The notes beneath the pieces were generated by a model. That model had not been told where the DNA came from, made no database searches, and saw nothing but the letters and a program-made list of their open reading frames with translations. Of a stretch of 64,000 nucleotides of DNA, positions 60,477 through 64,000 are shown in pieces. Every line of letters begins with the position of its first letter. Position 1 is the first letter of the stretch. The stretch spans positions 372,001 to 436,000 of the forward strand of contig MCFH01000001.1 in the NCBI GenBank assembly GCA_002104945.1. Direction: 5' to 3'. Source of the stretch: Piromyces finnis finn. Taxonomy: Eukaryota; Fungi; Neocallimastigomycota. Made by a program: the position numbers and the translations under genes.

Positions 60477-62838
60477 ACTTATCGAGTTTATTATAAGAGC
60501 CTATAAATAACGTTTGTGTGAGGGTTTAAAATATTTTTTATTATAAGAATGTTTTATTTATGTTAAAAAATGTATCAATTTATTTATGTTATTTATTATA
60601 ATTTCTTATAATAATAACTCTTGATTTTCAAATGAAACTCAAGAGGTCTTTTTATATAAAAACTTAAAGAATAAAAGAAAGTTCTAATCTTAATAAATTT
60701 CTTTTCTAGAAAAAGATTAGAAGAAAAAACTAGAAAAGTTTCGATTGATAATCTATTCTTATCAATCATCGTATTATTAGATAAAACCGAATGGATTCGG
60801 GAAAATTCTAATAATCGATTTTTTCTAAATACAATAATTTACATTACATTTAAAATACATTATGTATTATAATAAAATTTAATAAAATTTAATAAAATAT
60901 TAAAGGTTAAATAAAAAATATAATAGATTATTTATTATAAAATAAATCTAATTTCTTACACATTAATGATGCAATATATTTCAAAAACACCATAAATAAA
61001 ATATAATTGTGAACGTTAGCAATAGGGAATGAGAGTTGAATAATATATTAGATAATATTGTATTTATTTCTATTTTATAATAATAAAAATAAATAATAAA
61101 AACAAATAATAAAAATAATAAATTTTATAATAATATAATTAAATAGATTTTGGTTTAAAGTTTCTTTATTTAATTATTATTATTATTATTATGATTATAA
61201 TTATAACATTAATAACATTCAATACTAGTAGAATCGAAAGTTATTGTTTAATGAATATAAATACTTAAATATAAAATGTAAATATAAAAATATGTTGATA
61301 AAATTCTTATTAATAATAAAATATAATTTTTGAAATAATAAAAATAAACAATAATTATTCTTTTCTTTTATAATTAATATTTTAAACTGAATTAAATATA
61401 ATAAATACTAAATACGTAATTAGTAACCTAAAACTAAACTAAAATAAACTGTAACTAAAATAAAATAAAATAGAACTTATACTTAAAACTAAAATATCAA
61501 ATATTATTTATATATGAAAAGTTTTTCTCTCTTTTATATATTGTTCTTTATCACTATTTTTATATCTTTTCGTTTCTTGTGTAATTAATTATTCTAATAT
61601 ATGTGTAACATTTGCGTCATAATAATTTATACTAATATAGTTTAATTATTATTAACACTAGTAATTGATAAATTTATAAAAGGATTAGATCTTATTCATG
61701 AAATATTTAAAATATTATATTTTTCTATGCATCTTGTATCATTAATGGTACAACCTGTTTGTTTTGTTTGTACCTTTATATGGATCAATACAACTAGAAT
61801 GAATAAAACAATTATTATATTATAATGAAATAACACAACAATAAAAATGATTTTTATATTTTATGTATTATTGTTTATATTCTTTTTATTTATCTTTGAT
61901 CAATAATGTACTATTAATGATTTAAACTCTTATAATAGAAATAAATAAGTATAATTCACTAGATTATAATCTGAATATCACTATTAATTCCTACTTAAAT
62001 CTAATAATAATATTATTTATCTATCTAGTATTATCACTTATGCCTATTTTCTTATTATTATTTCTTATTATCTTTTTATGTCGTTTCTTCTCTTTTAATA
62101 TTTATTAATTCTCTTTTATTAAATACTCTTTGTTGTAATTAAGGTTTTTAGTCTTTTTAATTAATTTTATTTATAATTTTTATTTTAGTTATTGCTATAA
62201 GCGTTATTAATTAAATCAATAATTGTTAGCTTATAAATTTATATATTAAATTTTTATTAAACCTAAAATACTTAAAGTAGAATTATTATTAGTAAAATTA
62301 AAGGTTAAATTGGAATTCCTATGCTCCTACATTTTTCTGAATCAGTCGTACCATTAATGATAACGGATTAGTAGTTATATTATAACTTTTTAACTACTTC
62401 TTCTGTTATCTTATATTGTTTTATCTCGACAGCTATTGTACGAGCTTTAACAATATCTACTAGTTTTATTAATTTATTTTAAGTTATTTTATAGTTTTAA
62501 TAGTTTTATTATTTTAATAATATTTATATAGAATAATAACACCAGATTTATTCTATAAAATATTATTTATTATTAACACAATAATTACAAATTAGACAAG
62601 TTTAATTTCGTTTTTATATTTTCTTTTATTTATTGTTCTTACGCTCTTTTTAACAATAATTTTTATTATATAAAAACTTATTTTTGTCTTTTAAATATTA
62701 TTATGTATTCACTAATTAATTATATTAACTATTATTAAAATTTAACTTATTATTAATAATCTAAGTCTTTTCATTTTCTACTAAAAATTATTATTATTCT
62801 TTATATTAAAAATTATTTTTATAATTTAACCCAATCAA

Positions 62839-63370
62839 GTCGTTCCAGTTTTTATCCTGGTTGTTAAGGCGTTTCCTTAGCATACATAAGGCTTCTGGTT
62901 CGACCCCGCAGATGTCAGTGCCTGTGGATTTTCCCACTGGGTTTGCCATGGGTTGGGTTATGATATTCAGGTAAGTATAAATGAACTTTCTAATTTACTA
63001 CTATGATAATAACACTCGTCTAGCCGGCCTGAGAGGGTCTAGTGTACATGGTACATTCCAAATTAGAACTTAATAAGTGGTGACTTAGGCTATGCCAAAA
63101 ACACATAATATTCCTTAATCAATTTAAGTGTAAACATTAGGGGGCGGTTGACACGTGATCAAATTGACTATAAGAGGCTTAGCATTGTAGTTGTGAAATA
63201 TCGTACAACGACATGCATCTAATGTACATGGATTAAGTGAGCGTCGAAGCTGAAGAAACAGTATGACAGACCAGGAGGGTCACAACCACCTAGCAATAGG
63301 AATGAGCCAACGTTTCTCTAAGAACCACCATTGGAGCTAACTCTGATCGATGGGAGAAATGCACTCGGAA

Positions 63371-63406
<36 letters not shown>
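62839..63406 (+). mobile_element. Full-length tRNA-derived SINE, copy 4
   Basis: 535-bp body plus 33-nt poly(A); B-box GGTTCGACCCC; CCTTA-7nt-TAAGG anticodon-like hairpin; TSD aacccaatcaa at 62828-62838 and 63405-63415. Confidence 0.92.
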
Positions 63407-63408
<2 letters not shown>

Positions 63409-63591
63409 CAATCAAATATATAAATTTATAAAATATTTGATTTTATGTAAATTATATTTTTATAATAAACTATATAAAATTATTTAATAATTATTTTATA
63501 ATAAAATTTTCTACTAATATCAAATTTATAATATATTTATAATTATTATTTATCATTAATGATAAATAATTAAATTTATAAATTATGAATT

Positions 63592-63832
<241 letters not shown>

Positions 63833-64000
63833 TTAAAACACAGATAGTTAAAAATTAAAATAATTAACATGTATAAAATTATTAAATTAAAAACTATAAA
63901 TGTGAACTTTTTGTCTATTTAATTGTTTATTTATTTTTAAATTAAATAGTTTATATTTGTTTATAATTATACTTTAAAATAATAACTTTGTATAAATAGT

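Noticed and set aside
62290-62460. Possible hAT transposase remnant (SVIINGTTD on minus strand)
   Set aside because: Only a short loose motif between stop codons; not supportable without a profile search.
62839-62920. Possible functional tRNA gene
   Set aside because: No acceptor stem could be formed, T-stem pairing is poor and the anticodon loop lacks U33; treated as a tRNA-derived SINE head.

Overview
Very AT-rich eukaryotic DNA with GT-AG introns. The gene content (CBM18-CE4 fusions, a solute-binding-protein/7TM receptor, an ankyrin-repeat protein, long AAT microsatellites) is most consistent with an anaerobic gut fungus (Neocallimastigomycota); this assignment is inference. From left to right: (1) 1-17.7 kb, a cluster of five CE4 chitin/polysaccharide deacetylase genes. 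Two are CBM18-CE4 fusions with intact catalytic motifs. Three are 3-exon, probably GPI-anchored paralogues; one has intact motifs, and two sit on ~400-aa acidic stalks and have lost catalytic residues (TFEDGP plus HxxxH->NxxxY; AFNDGP). (2) A 4-exon Rom/Rgf-type Rho1 GEF. (3) A 7-exon FKBP25/FKBP3-like PPIase missed by the ORF track. (4) A long multi-exon gene of unknown function with an (AAT)n tract in an apparent coding exon. (5) A P4-ATPase flippase with two short upstream exons. (6) A 3' LINE fragment next to a decayed NCLDV-type D5 primase-helicase. (7) A solute-binding-protein/class C GPCR-like receptor and an ankyrin protein. (8) A repeat-rich right end with a diverged tandem duplication and an interlocked A-B-A'-B' inverted repeat. 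Four copies of a ~535-bp tRNA-headed, poly(A)-tailed SINE are spread across the window. Three have target-site duplications, and the SINE 3' part shares a 40/44-nt block with the coding end of the LINE fragment. All exon models and alignments were made by eye.
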